Below, piece after piece: positions 39,611 through 51,200 of a stretch of DNA of 64,000 bases. How positions within the stretch are numbered: position 1 is the first letter of the stretch; every line of letters begins with the position of its first letter. Position numbers and translations under genes: made by a program. Under the pieces are notes generated by a model that was not told the DNA's origin, did not search any database, and saw only the letters and a program-made list of their open reading frames with translations. The DNA is from Eledone cirrhosa (taxonomy: Eukaryota): the NCBI GenBank assembly GCA_964016885.1, contig OZ024741.1, positions 413,416,001-413,480,000 on the forward strand. The letters run 5' to 3'.

Positions 39611-42600
39611 TCAGGTCACCAGTTGGTGCTACTGGTAACATGTATCCCAGTACAACCTGTCTCATGGTCGGGTCGTTGGCGACTAAACTGGCAACCCCAC
39701 CAAGATTTCTTGGTGAGGAGGGTGACTTTGGACATTCTGCAGGACTAAAAACAAAACCTGTCAAAGGGCAAAGGAACTCCTGGGAGCTCTTAAGAACTCT
39801 TGGAGTCAATGGCCATCCAAAACCAGCACGGTCCGCCGAAAGGCGCTGCAGTGCCGGAAAAGTCAACTTCCTGCTACTAGTATGCTGGTAAGCTAGTACA
39901 ACGTATCTCCAGACGGATAGAGTGGGTCCGTAGCTTTGGTTAGCGACTACTCTAGTGCTTGCAACACGAACAATTAGGGCGAGGGTATAAATGCCAGGTT
40001 GGTATCTGGCGCCGGGTAACCCACCACACGGAGGAGGAAGCACCTTCTTCAATACTTGGCTGTCAAATTCTTTCACATGTGTGTAGTAGTGGCGCCCACA
40101 CACATTATTAGCTATTTGAAAAGATGATGGATTTCGCAACTAACTGCACCAGGGTTCCTGTTCCTCAGGGAACCACACTATATGGTATACCTGTTGATAT
40201 AGGTCCAGCCCCTGCTTTCCAGGGTCTTGTTTCTGATCATAATGCACCTACAAAGGCATCGAATGATGATGAATCCTCAAATCTCAAGGGACGGGGTTCA
40301 TCTAATGGAGAAGAAACAGGTCCTAACCAAACAACAAGCAAATCTCGCCTGGCTAGCTGTAAAAAGCAAATAATAGTTAGCTCCTTGAACACCAGAACCC
40401 TCCTTCCAATAGGTAGACTCCAGGAGCTGGCAGAGAATGCCAAACTTCAGAACATTGACATCCTTGCGGTCCAAGAACACCGCTTTTTCCACCCAAAGGA
40501 TGATCTCAAGTATCACACCCTAGGATCCTACCCACTTGTCACCTCTTCAGCCACCAAGAACCCTGTCAATGCCTCCGTCGGAGGAGTCGGCTGCCTTCTC
40601 TCATCTAAAGCCAGCAATAATCTTCTGGGGATTGAAACAATCTCTCCCAGAATCTTGGTGCTTACACTAGAGGGCAATCCTAGAAGCACTGCGATATGTG
40701 TATACAGTCCTCATAACGCCTCTCCTGAGGATGAGGTAAGAGAATTCTACATGACCCTTCGCACAGTTGTTGAGCAAGTACCCTTACACAACTTTCTTAT
40801 CATCGCTGGAGACCTCAACGCTCAACTTGGCCCGGATGAAGTAAAGTTCACATACAATAGGGTTACTAACCGAAACGGGGAATATCTGAAGGACTTCATG
40901 GAAGAATTCAGTCTATTCAGCTCAAACAACAGCTTCATGAAGACCAGAGGCCGGCTTTGGACCTTCGAATATCCAAACCAAAAACGAGCTCAGATTGACT
41001 ATTTGATATTTTGCAAGAAATGGAGAAACTCAATCAAAGATTCTAGATCTTATTCCTCCTTTAGCTCTGTCGGCTCAGATCATCGAGTCATCTTGGCAAC
41101 AATCAAACTTAGTCTCAGGATATCCAAGAGGGCCGAACCTCATCCCATGAAAAGAATAGACTGGAAAGCCATTTCTTCCAACAAACAACTATCCAATAGC
41201 TTCACGCTTCAAGTCTATAACAGATTTCAATCTCTCTCAACTTCTGACATCAATGACAATAATATTGAGGATGTGTATGATTGTCTTAAGCAATCAACAG
41301 AGGAAGTTGCACTTGCTACCCTACCTAAAAAGAAAAGCCAAAGCCAAATGAAACCTAGTGCCCCAGAGAAGGTAGTTGAGGCAAGGGCCCATCTTAGGTC
41401 AATATCCCAATCTCACCATCAATCACCATCTCAAGGGAAAAAGATACAGCTTATCATGGCCAAAAAATCACTAGACGACGCTTATCTTAATGCTGAAGCC
41501 GACTATATCTCAGGTAGGATTGATCAGCTATCGCAACATCACATCAGCAAACACCATCATCTTGCTTGGAAGGTTGTCAAAGATCTTTCAGGCAAAAACT
41601 CAAACTCTGCAGTTAGAATCAAAGGAGGCTCTGCCAAAAAACGTCTTGAAAATTGGTCTGCTCATTTTAAAAACCTTCTAGGGAAAAAGGCCAGACTCCC
41701 TGATAACTATCAACTGCTATCCGTTCAGGTTTCAGAGCCTTTAGGAATCAACACCTCTCCTTTCACCATGCCTGAGCTCAAAGAAGCCATCAAACAGCTC
41801 AAAGCCTCAAAAGCCTTTGGGCCGGATAATATACCTACCCTGATTTGGAAGGATGAGCATTTCCACATCCTTTTGCTCAACCTATGTAACCATACTTTCG
41901 AGACCAATAAACCACCTAGCGTCTGGCATGCAGCTCAAATTATCCCCATGCCCCAAAAAGGAGATCTTTCTTTAGCCACCAACTATAGAGGAATTTCTCT
42001 CATGGCAATTGCTGCAAAAATATACAACAAGCTTCTCCTTAACCGCTTAATTCCATTTCTTGAGCCAATCCTTCGTAACAACCAGAATGGATTTAGGAGA
42101 GGTAGATCAACACTTAGCCAGATTCTCTGCCTTCGCCGATTTATAGAGGAGTCCCAAAACCGCAATCTAGACCTTGCACTCATCTTTGTTGATTTTTCAA
42201 AAGCCTTCGACTCAGTTGACAGGTCGGGGATGTTTGAAATTCTACAACTTTATGGGATTCCTGATAAAATCATCGCGGCCATACGTGTAATGTATACAGA
42301 TACCAAATCAACTGTCCTGACCCCAGATGGGGAAACACCACCTTTCTCAATCCTCGCTGGAATTTTACAGGGCGATACCCTTGCTCCGTATCTATTTATC
42401 ATTGTTGTGGATTATGTTTTGTGCATGTCTGTAGATAGGATTCAGGATAGGGGATACCAACTACAGCCTAGGAGAAGCTCACGCTACCCAGCAAAATACT
42501 TGACCGACACCGACTTTGCTGACGACATCGCATTGATCAGTCGGTCACTGGAAAATGCTGAGTGTCTTTTGAAGTCATTAGAGCAAGCGTCCAACTGTGT

Positions 42601-43270
42601 TGGACTGTACCTCAACGAATCCAAGACTGAGTATGTGAACAGATGCGCAAACAGCCCAAACTACCCCATCAGAACCCTTAATGGTACCACCCTTAAGCAG
42701 GTGGAAGATTACAAGTATCTTGGCTCATATATCTCCAAAAAAGATTTTCTAACCAGGAAGGGTATGGCATGGTCAGCGTGCAATGACATGCACGCCATAT
42801 GGACATCTCAACTTACCAACAAGCTAAAACTGGAAATATTCCAAGCAACCATTAAGCCCATATTACTTTATGGATCCGAAACTTGGACACTAACATCACA
42901 ACTTGAGAGGAGATTGGATGGCACATGTACCCGCCTCTTAATGAGAGTGCAAAACCTATCCTGGAAACGACATCCCACCTTGTCTAAAATCTATGGCAAA
43001 CTCCCTCGAGCCTCTGCCCTTCTAAAATCCCGGAGAGCTCAACTTGCTGGCCACTGTCACCGTGCCAGCAATGAAATCATATCCGCTCTCTTGCTCTGGA
43101 ACCCTGACTCTAGCCTGACTAGGAGTAGGAAGCTGTCATTCCCTGACGTTATCTCTAGGGATACGGGAATCAGTAGACGGGACCTGGGGGCAGCGATGGG
43201 GGACAGGGAATTCTGGGGCAGGAGAGTGAGATCTATCATCTCGACAGTAGTCGACGAATGATGATGATGA
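39611..43270 (+). mobile_element. Full-length RTE-clade LINE
   Basis: About 510-bp 5' UTR, single APE-RT ORF, (ATG)n tail, flanked on both sides by tatatatatatg (possible TSD). Confidence 0.92.
40124..43261 (+). CDS. APE endonuclease + reverse transcriptase, 1045 aa, uninterrupted
   Basis: APE motifs LNTRTL, VQEHR, GDLNA, QIDY, SDH; RT motifs NYRGISL, QNGFRRGRST, FVDFSKAFDSV, GILQGDTLAP, FADD, YKYLGS, LLYGSETW. Confidence 0.93.
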   Translation: MMDFATNCTRVPVPQGTTLYGIPVDIGPAPAFQGLVSDHNAPTKASNDDESSNLKGRGSSNGEETGPNQTTSKSRLASCKKQIIVSSLNTRTLLPIGRLQELAENAKLQNIDILAVQEHRFFHPKDDLKYHTLGSYPLVTSSATKNPVNASVGGVGCLLSSKASNNLLGIETISPRILVLTLEGNPRSTAICVYSPHNASPEDEVREFYMTLRTVVEQVPLHNFLIIAGDLNAQLGPDEVKFTYNRVTNRNGEYLKDFMEEFSLFSSNNSFMKTRGRLWTFEYPNQKRAQIDYLIFCKKWRNSIKDSRSYSSFSSVGSDHRVILATIKLSLRISKRAEPHPMKRIDWKAISSNKQLSNSFTLQVYNRFQSLSTSDINDNNIEDVYDCLKQSTEEVALATLPKKKSQSQMKPSAPEKVVEARAHLRSISQSHHQSPSQGKKIQLIMAKKSLDDAYLNAEADYISGRIDQLSQHHISKHHHLAWKVVKDLSGKNSNSAVRIKGGSAKKRLENWSAHFKNLLGKKARLPDNYQLLSVQVSEPLGINTSPFTMPELKEAIKQLKASKAFGPDNIPTLIWKDEHFHILLLNLCNHTFETNKPPSVWHAAQIIPMPQKGDLSLATNYRGISLMAIAAKIYNKLLLNRLIPFLEPILRNNQNGFRRGRSTLSQILCLRRFIEESQNRNLDLALIFVDFSKAFDSVDRSGMFEILQLYGIPDKIIAAIRVMYTDTKSTVLTPDGETPPFSILAGILQGDTLAPYLFIIVVDYVLCMSVDRIQDRGYQLQPRRSSRYPAKYLTDTDFADDIALISRSLENAECLLKSLEQASNCVGLYLNESKTEYVNRCANSPNYPIRTLNGTTLKQVEDYKYLGSYISKKDFLTRKGMAWSACNDMHAIWTSQLTNKLKLEIFQATIKPILLYGSETWTLTSQLERRLDGTCTRLLMRVQNLSWKRHPTLSKIYGKLPRASALLKSRRAQLAGHCHRASNEIISALLLWNPDSSLTRSRKLSFPDVISRDTGISRRDLGAAMGDREFWGRRVRSIISTVVDE

Positions 43271-43288
43271 TATATATATATGTTGTAC

Positions 43289-44164
43289 TCATCATCATCG
43301 TCATCATCGTTTAACGTCCATCTTCCATGCTTGCATGGGTTTGGATGGGAATTGTACCACTTGAGGCAAGATTGGTTGTCTCGCTCGTATAGGACGGTCT
43401 GGCGGGTTTTCTACGGCTGGATGCCCTTCCTAACACCAACCACGTTTACAGCGTGGACTGTGTGTTTTTTTGTCGTGACATCTACATGACCTCATTTGTT
43501 TCAGACTGGATGTTGTGGTACCAACATAACTTTACATTTAAGGGGGTGGTGTGGATGGGGTGGTGTTTTTGTTAGAGGTGCCTACTGACTGTAGGTTTTC
43601 GCTTTGTACTTAGGCAAGGTGGGTCTTCTGTATTACTGTGTAGCGCCAAAGATCTCGGTCTAGTGACATTGTCTTGGAGAGGTCAGAATTTATCAAGTCG
43701 TCCCAAGTTTTTCTGGGTCTGCCTACTCCGTGGCTACCGTCTATTTTATACAGCTGTCTATTTTATACACAGCTGTCGTCTTTCATGCGCATCACGTGAC
43801 CGTACCAACGTAGTCTTCTCTCGAGTAAACAACATCTGATCCCTCTTATTCCTAATTTCTCCATTAGTTCGTTTATGCTTTGCCGTTCACATATATTATG
43901 TATATCCAACGGAGCATGCAAGCTTCATTTCTCTCCAGTCGGCGTATATCCTCTGCACCCATACTTTCCATGTGGGACATAAAATGGAGTTTCAGATGGA
44001 ACCGGTGTCCTATTTTCCCCTCCTACAAACTAGACAGCTGAGTATACTGGAGCGATGTGAAATAAAGTGCCTTGCTCAAGCAAACAACACATCACCCGCT
44101 CTGAGATTGAACTCACAACCTTTTGATTGCAAGGCCAATGCTCTAACCACTGAGCCATGTGCCT

Positions 44165-44168
<4 letters not shown>
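43289..44168 (-). mobile_element. Chimeric element: SINE tRNA head/core fused to an internally deleted RTE body and tail
   Basis: 44030-44168 matches the SINE head. 43289-44030 matches discontinuous pieces of the RTE copy at 29580-30816. Confidence 0.75.
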
Positions 44169-44210
<42 letters not shown>

Positions 44211-44212
<2 letters not shown>

Positions 44213-45345
44213 TCATCATCATCATCATCATCAACGTTTAACGTCCGTGTTCCACGCTTGCATGGGTTTGGACGGGGGTAGTCCCACTTGAGGCAAGAGT
44301 GATTGTCTTGCTCGCATAGGACTGTCTGGCAGGTTTTCTACAGTTGGATGCCCTTCCTAACACCAACCACATTTACAGTGTGGGTCTGGGAGGTTTTTAC
44401 CGTGTTGCCTACACGGCCACATTACAGCGTGGACTGTGTGTTTTTTTGTCGTGACACCTACACGATCTCATTTGTTTCGGCCTCGATGGCGCGGCACCAA
44501 CATAACTTTACATAGAACGGGGTGGTGTGGATGGGGTAGGGGTGGGGGTGGTGGGACGGGGTGTATTTTGTTAGGGATGCCTACTGGCTGGAGTAGGTTT
44601 TACTATATATTTAGGTAAGGCAGGTCTTCTCTGTTACTGAGTACCGCCAAAGGTCTCGGTCCAGTGACATTGTCTTGGAGAGGTGTAAGTGTGTGATGTC
44701 GGAGTTTATCAGCTCGTCCCAAGTTTTTCTAGGTCTGCCTATTCCGTGACTACCGTCTATCTTTATTGCCCTGCACTTTGTTATACAGCTATCGACTTTC
44801 ATGCGCATCACGTGTCCATACCAACGTAGCCTTCTCTCGAGTAAACAACATCTGATCCCTCTTATCTCTAATTTTTTCCTTAGTTCGTTTATGCTTTGCC
44901 GTTCACGTATATTACTGTTACACATCCAGCGGAGCATGCAAGCTTCGTTCCTCTCTAGTCTGCGTATATCCTCTGCACACAATGCCCAGGTCTCACTGCC
45001 ATGCAGCATTGCTGTTCGTATGCAGGCATCGTACAACCTGCCTTTCATTTTTAGTGAGAACCCTTTAGCAGCTAATAGTGGTATAAGCTCTCTGAACTTT
45101 TTCCAACCAGTTCTGACTCTAGCTACAGTACTTTCAGAGCACCCTCCCCCACTGCTGATTTTATCGCCCAGGTAACGGAAGCTGTCCACTATTTCTATAG
45201 AACCCTCTGCGCAATTGAAAGAGCTAGTAGCTTGTGGGCACTTGCTGCTACTTATTGCACCAGAGCACCGGCCACATGTAAAATCTATGTTCTTAGTTAG
45301 CTTACCTGTGATCCCACTACATCTTTTATGCACCCATACTTTGCA
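44211..45345 (-). mobile_element. 5'-truncated RTE LINE copy in (TA)n
   Basis: ORF 44611..45333; near-identical to 58590-59720. Confidence 0.93.
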
Positions 45346-45601
45346 TATATATATATATATATATATATATTTTTAGAAACACACAGATACATGCGGACAC
45401 ACACATATATACATGAATGCATCCGCACCCAACTGTGAGTTAAGGGTGCCAACTTCACCGATGTTGCTCAATGAATGACTGGGACAGACCAATTCAGTTT
45501 GAACTAGACTGAACCAGTATCAGAGTTAAAAATACATTATGAAGAGAGAAGAAACATTTAGATATAATTAGTAATAAAATGTATCATACCTAAACTGTTC
45601 C

Positions 45602-45656
<55 letters not shown>

Positions 45657-45836
45657 AGACCCCGACAGCTGAGCTCAAGCCGTTTCAACGGCTAATTCTG
45701 GTCCAGAATTAGCCGTCGAAACGGCTTGAGCTCAGCTGTCGGGGTCTTACTGGTTCCTATTACCCACTCTACTACCTCAAGTATTGAGTACTTTGGTGCG
45801 TTATGGTCCACCTGGTTCCTTACCACATTTCCTTCG

Positions 45837-45896
<60 letters not shown>

Positions 45897-46176
45897 TCTT
45901 TATTCTGTCTCGTTCACGATTTCACCGGATTTAAATTCATAGAAATTTGGGACTTGACTCCTTCTTCCTCACTTTTCGTTGCTTCACCATTTTTGTTTGT
46001 TTACACTCATGTCCCCTTTATTTACGTGTCCCAACGACTTTTTTTAGCCGTTGCTCGCACCAACCGGAGGTATATGGTCTTTAAAGCGATGAAATACCAA
46101 TGATGGTTGGAAGATCACTGATGAAGGGCTAACTTTATTCATATGTAACCCATTAGCAACCCCGCAGCACGTTTAT

Positions 46177-46213
<37 letters not shown>

Positions 46214-46717
46214 TTTACATATATATATACATACACATACATATACGTGTTTTGCAACTGGTCACTTTGTGGCTCAATGAAAAATTAATAAATTAAACAA
46301 TCAGAGCTATATATCATAAAACATGTCTATAGAATCACAAGATAAAATATAAACTATTTTCTCTCCCAATTAGCATAATTAACTATATAAGAAATCGAAT
46401 AGACCAGGCTATACGAATGAGGCTTCTATGAAGGAATCTCCGACAAATAACCGAAAGTAGCGCCTCGCGTCGGCCATAGCGGAATTTTTATCGAATATTT
46501 CGACAGCGTAATCGCCTAGATACAGTCAACTAAACAGAATTAGGTTTAAAATAAACTAGGAGAAAATAGAATACATTTAAATACCTCTACCATGGTTTTG
46601 TCCGTGTTAAGCCTCATTCGTATAGCCTGGTCTATTCGATTTCTTATATAGTTAATTATGCTAATTGGGAGAGGAAATAGTTTATATTTTATCTTGTGAT
46701 TCTATAGACAAGTTTTA

Positions 46718-46763
<46 letters not shown>

Positions 46764-48190
46764 TCATTTGGCAGCAGTAGTGGTGGTTGTAATGGTGGTG
46801 GCAGTAGTGGTGGTGGTTGTGGTAGTGGTGATGGTGGTGGCAGTGGTATTGACAATAAGGAAGATGATTTCAGTATTTTATATACATCTTACATCTTCAC
46901 CAATATTTACAAGTTCTCCAACTTTCCACAGTGTAATTCTTCTCTTATTCACAATGAAAGACTTAGTTAAAACGAATGTAAGCTAGTTGTAAAGTCATTG
47001 GCTTTGCTACCATTAACTTGCTCAACCAAATCTTGGTATCAAAACTGTTTTTTCATCATCCTGACCAGGTCATAAGAATTAAGTTAGTAATATAATTACA
47101 TCCTTTCACTCTTTCATCCTTACAGGGTCGATAAAATAAAGTACCAGTAATACACTGGCATAATTGCTGGCCTTGTGCCAAAAGTAGAAATAATTATTAT
47201 TCCACTGGATTGGCAGTATTGGTAGAGCGTCGGACAACATGCTTTGTGGCATTTAGTTACGACCCTTTACATTCTAAGTTCAAATCTTGCCGGGGTTAAC
47301 TTTGCCTTTCATCCTTACAGGGTCGATGAAATAAAGTACCAGTAATGCACTGGGGTTGATTTAATTAACTTTTCCCTCCCCTAAAATTGCTGGCTTTATA
47401 CCTAAAGTAGAAACAATTATTATTCCAAGTTTTAATGCAGGATATATATTATAAATGGACTTTAATAACTATTAATTGTTTTTCTTGAAACATTCAAATA
47501 AACTCCTATTTTAAAAGGAATCCTTTCTATAATCCTTCTTTGGAAAAGAAATAGGATTTTTAATTTACACCCAGTTTGGGGTAAGAGAAAGTAGATTGAC
47601 TCCTATATTTAACTGGTACTTTATTTCATCAATCCCAGAAAAATGAAAGCCAAAGGTGGCCTCATTAAACAACAACAATAATTTCTAACATTAGAACCAG
47701 ATCTTCAAATAACAAAATAGTAAAGGACACATCAGATAATGTACTCTTAGATACCACTAAACTGGTGAGATGGTCATGACTGGAATGTCGCTAATGTTTG
47801 CTGGATTAGAATTGACATGATACAAAAATGTTTGTTTTAAAGTGTATATATTTCTATAAACTATTCCAAAATAATTTTATGTAAGAACCTTTGTTAAGTT
47901 ATATTTCAAACACCAGATAAATTATAATAAACTTAGTTATATTACTAAATCCCTCCAAATTCTTTATTATTTTCAAAAAGTTGGAGAAATACTTTAATTT
48001 TTATAAACAGACACAAAAGAAATCACATCATTGAAAGGAAACAGACTCGATGGAACATGAGACCATACTTAAGTGAAACACTGGCTTGGGAGACCAGTGG
48101 CTCTGCTTCTGGTCAGACTTGGTCTATATAGACCCATCCAACCCTTGTTAGCAGGGAAAGCAGGCATTAAAATGACAATGATGATAATGA

Positions 48191-48231
<41 letters not shown>

Positions 48232-48290
48232 TTCAAAATATTAATAAATGAAAAATATTCTCATAATCAAAATATATATTTTATTATACA

Positions 48291-51200
48291 CTAGCATTAA
48301 AGCCTGGCGTTGCTCGGGGTCAGTAAGTTACCAAAGTTAGGTTGCACCACCCATTTTATGGCAGCACTTTTTTGTCTGCCAGGCACTGGTTGAATGAATT
48401 GCAAACCTGCACTGCCGAAGCAGGAGCTGCGCCAGCAGTGACAATTGTAGTTTCGCCTATTGATATTATCTCTGTGTAAAGAAGTGTTCAAATTTATTGT
48501 TTCACAGAACTTGCGCAACATACGCGTAGATGATGCCAGCCGAACAACAGAGCTGCGATAGAGTTGTTCTGCATGACATGTTTTAACGGGGGAGGGGGTG
48601 GATTGAGGGAACCGCAAACAGGGCCTGAAAACATTGTCAAATTATGACAACCAAAAAAGAGGAAGAGGGGTATGGTTGGTGCATCATGTACGTTGGACGT
48701 AGAAGATGAGCCTGCTGCTGTGTCGACGGAGGGAGGGAAATAGAGCTGAGCGGAGGCCAGGTGTTGGTGAAGTGTGAAGTAATTGCAGGGAACCACCTAA
48801 AAATGTAAATCCCGTTATTAAAGCATTGTTCACCCTTTGAGAGTCGTACGGAGCTGAAATACTAACCTGTCCACGGTCCTCCGAGGCCCACCAAACGGGG
48901 GTTGGTGAAGAGCAACAGCTGATATTTGGGTAGGGTCGGAGTTGCAATGAAGCTTTGTAACGCCGCGAGAATCAGCCTTTGTACGGCAGATGGTGGGGAG
49001 TGTCCAGTGCACTGCAGTGAAGGTTAACCTACTTAGAAAGTACTCACGAAAAGGCAAAAAATAAAAAAATAAAAAAGTTATAAAATTAGAAATGGAGGTA
49101 ATCCTATAAAACCTCCTTGTACACAATGTTTTTTTGTTTTTCCTTGCGGAACGAACGCAAAATTATCACTCTTGCTGCCGACACGCGAGCAGCCAACATA
49201 AAGCTGACCATGAGAGAAACACGGCTCCCCCAAATGTATTCCCGTGACAGACAGTGTTTGCCCCTGCGCTTTGTTAATTGACATTGCGAAGCATGGCCTG
49301 ACCGGGAACTGGGACCTCCGAAATGTGAAAGGTAGGTCTGCTCCTGATGGGAAAAGATGCATCCTCGGTATGAGCACAACCTTGCCCCGACCGCACCCTG
49401 TAATTATCATGGCCTCAATCAGATTGGAAGCTAAGGACTTAACGACCAAATGTGTGCCATTGCATTGTTTCGGCGGAACCAAATTTCGAATGAGCATTAT
49501 AGGGGCACCAACTTTAAGTTTCAAAATGTGTGGGGGTAATCCGGGGGCTCAAAGGAATTTAGTACCTCTATTGGATAGTTGATGACGTCCTCGGGGTCAG
49601 GAGTTCTATCGATAGACTTATATACGTAGCCATCCCCAGGAATGAGTTTTAGCATTTGATTATTAATTTGGTGACAAAAGTTTTCCCAGACCCCCCCAGG
49701 AGCGTCCAGGAAAAAAATCCCCCCCAGCTTTGCCCTGGACAGAATTAACAACGGAGTTGTAAGCGAATTTCTGTTCTGGAAGGAGCTTTGGCTCATTCTC
49801 TGCTATGTACTGGGCAAGCTCGTCAACATTATAAGATGTCTCACGCAGCAAATCCGAAGACAGAGTGTTTGCGCCTTCCCGGTTTGTTGAAGGTAGGCCA
49901 TACACCGCCAACACAATACCTCCCATATCGAGAACAGTATCTTCGATTTCAAGCAGCGCCCTGTTGTAAATGAGGTCACTGTACCCGACCTTCATCAATG
50001 GGTTTAGCAACTGAGCATGACGCAGGAAATCTTCAGACATGTAATCTTTGTAGCTAAGCCATAAAGAGGCCGGACCACCCAAGTCACACCATAGGAGTAG
50101 AATAGCGAAAAGCGATCTTAGTCTTTTAGGAGATTTCAACAAAACGCCCTCTGCCATAGTGGCGCCCCATTGTGAATCATCCTCCAAAAGGCCACGCCTA
50201 AAGCAGGCTTCCCGGAAAGTATCACATAATTCACCGTCAACAGTTCTTATGTCTCAAAAGCTTTGTGGACCAAAACCCTCATGAAGGAGAATGCGCAGGT
50301 GAAAACACTCATGCTGGTTGGGAGGTACAGTGTACACTCTTCCTAGACAACTGTCAAACTTGACACCAGGATGTCCTTCAACATCCTGACCTGACTTCCT
50401 ATGCACCCAAGTGTTGTTTGACCACACGTAGTAGGACGGGACCTGAGGATATGAAAGTGTTTTTGCAAATGTGTCAAGTTGGCAAAGCGTAAAAAAAAAG
50501 TCAAAGTTGTTTCTTTGGGATTGGCCGCCAAATAAATGAACAGCAGTCTGTTGAGTAAAGTAAGCCCGTTGGTTGTTTTCCAAATGAACCGCTAGTTGTA
50601 TGATGGCGGGGTGCTTTTGGTGAAGTGGAAACCCGAATATCCGCCAAAAAGCTTCACCACTGCTGATATATCGACCTGCCAAGTACTCCGAGACCTCGTC
50701 CCTGCTATTGTCGTTTTGATGGCCGAACATGGCAGCGTTGGAACCCTTGTTAACATATTTACATATGAACTTTATCGACTTCACTGAATGACAGAACTCC
50801 ACATTTATATGAGCTTTGAAAGTTTTCATCAGAAATGGACAGTACGGGACCACCCACCTATTATCAACTTGATGACCTCGTAACATCATAGTGAATCCAC
50901 CGTTCTCAGGCCGCCTTTGACTGTACAGTGGGTATCCGTCGCCGCCAGTCTGGGTCTCCTCAACAAACCTCTTTGGGTATCGTTTAGTGCACACATGGTC
51001 CTTTGTGGCTTGAAGAGAACTCTTGAAAACCGGGACCGCACGGACCATGCACCATGTGTGTCTTCACAATCTCGTACAGCTGCCGGTCAACAACGGGGTC
51101 TGGTATTTCCACTGCAATGACGTCATCTATAACTGTAGGGTCTATTTTGGTGACCAACCAAACCAAAATGTGCGCGTGTGGCAACCCTCTCTTCTGCCAC

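Noticed and set aside
39570-40139. 189-aa antisense ORF in the RTE 5' UTR
   Set aside because: No recognisable motifs, and it runs out into (TA)n; likely chance.
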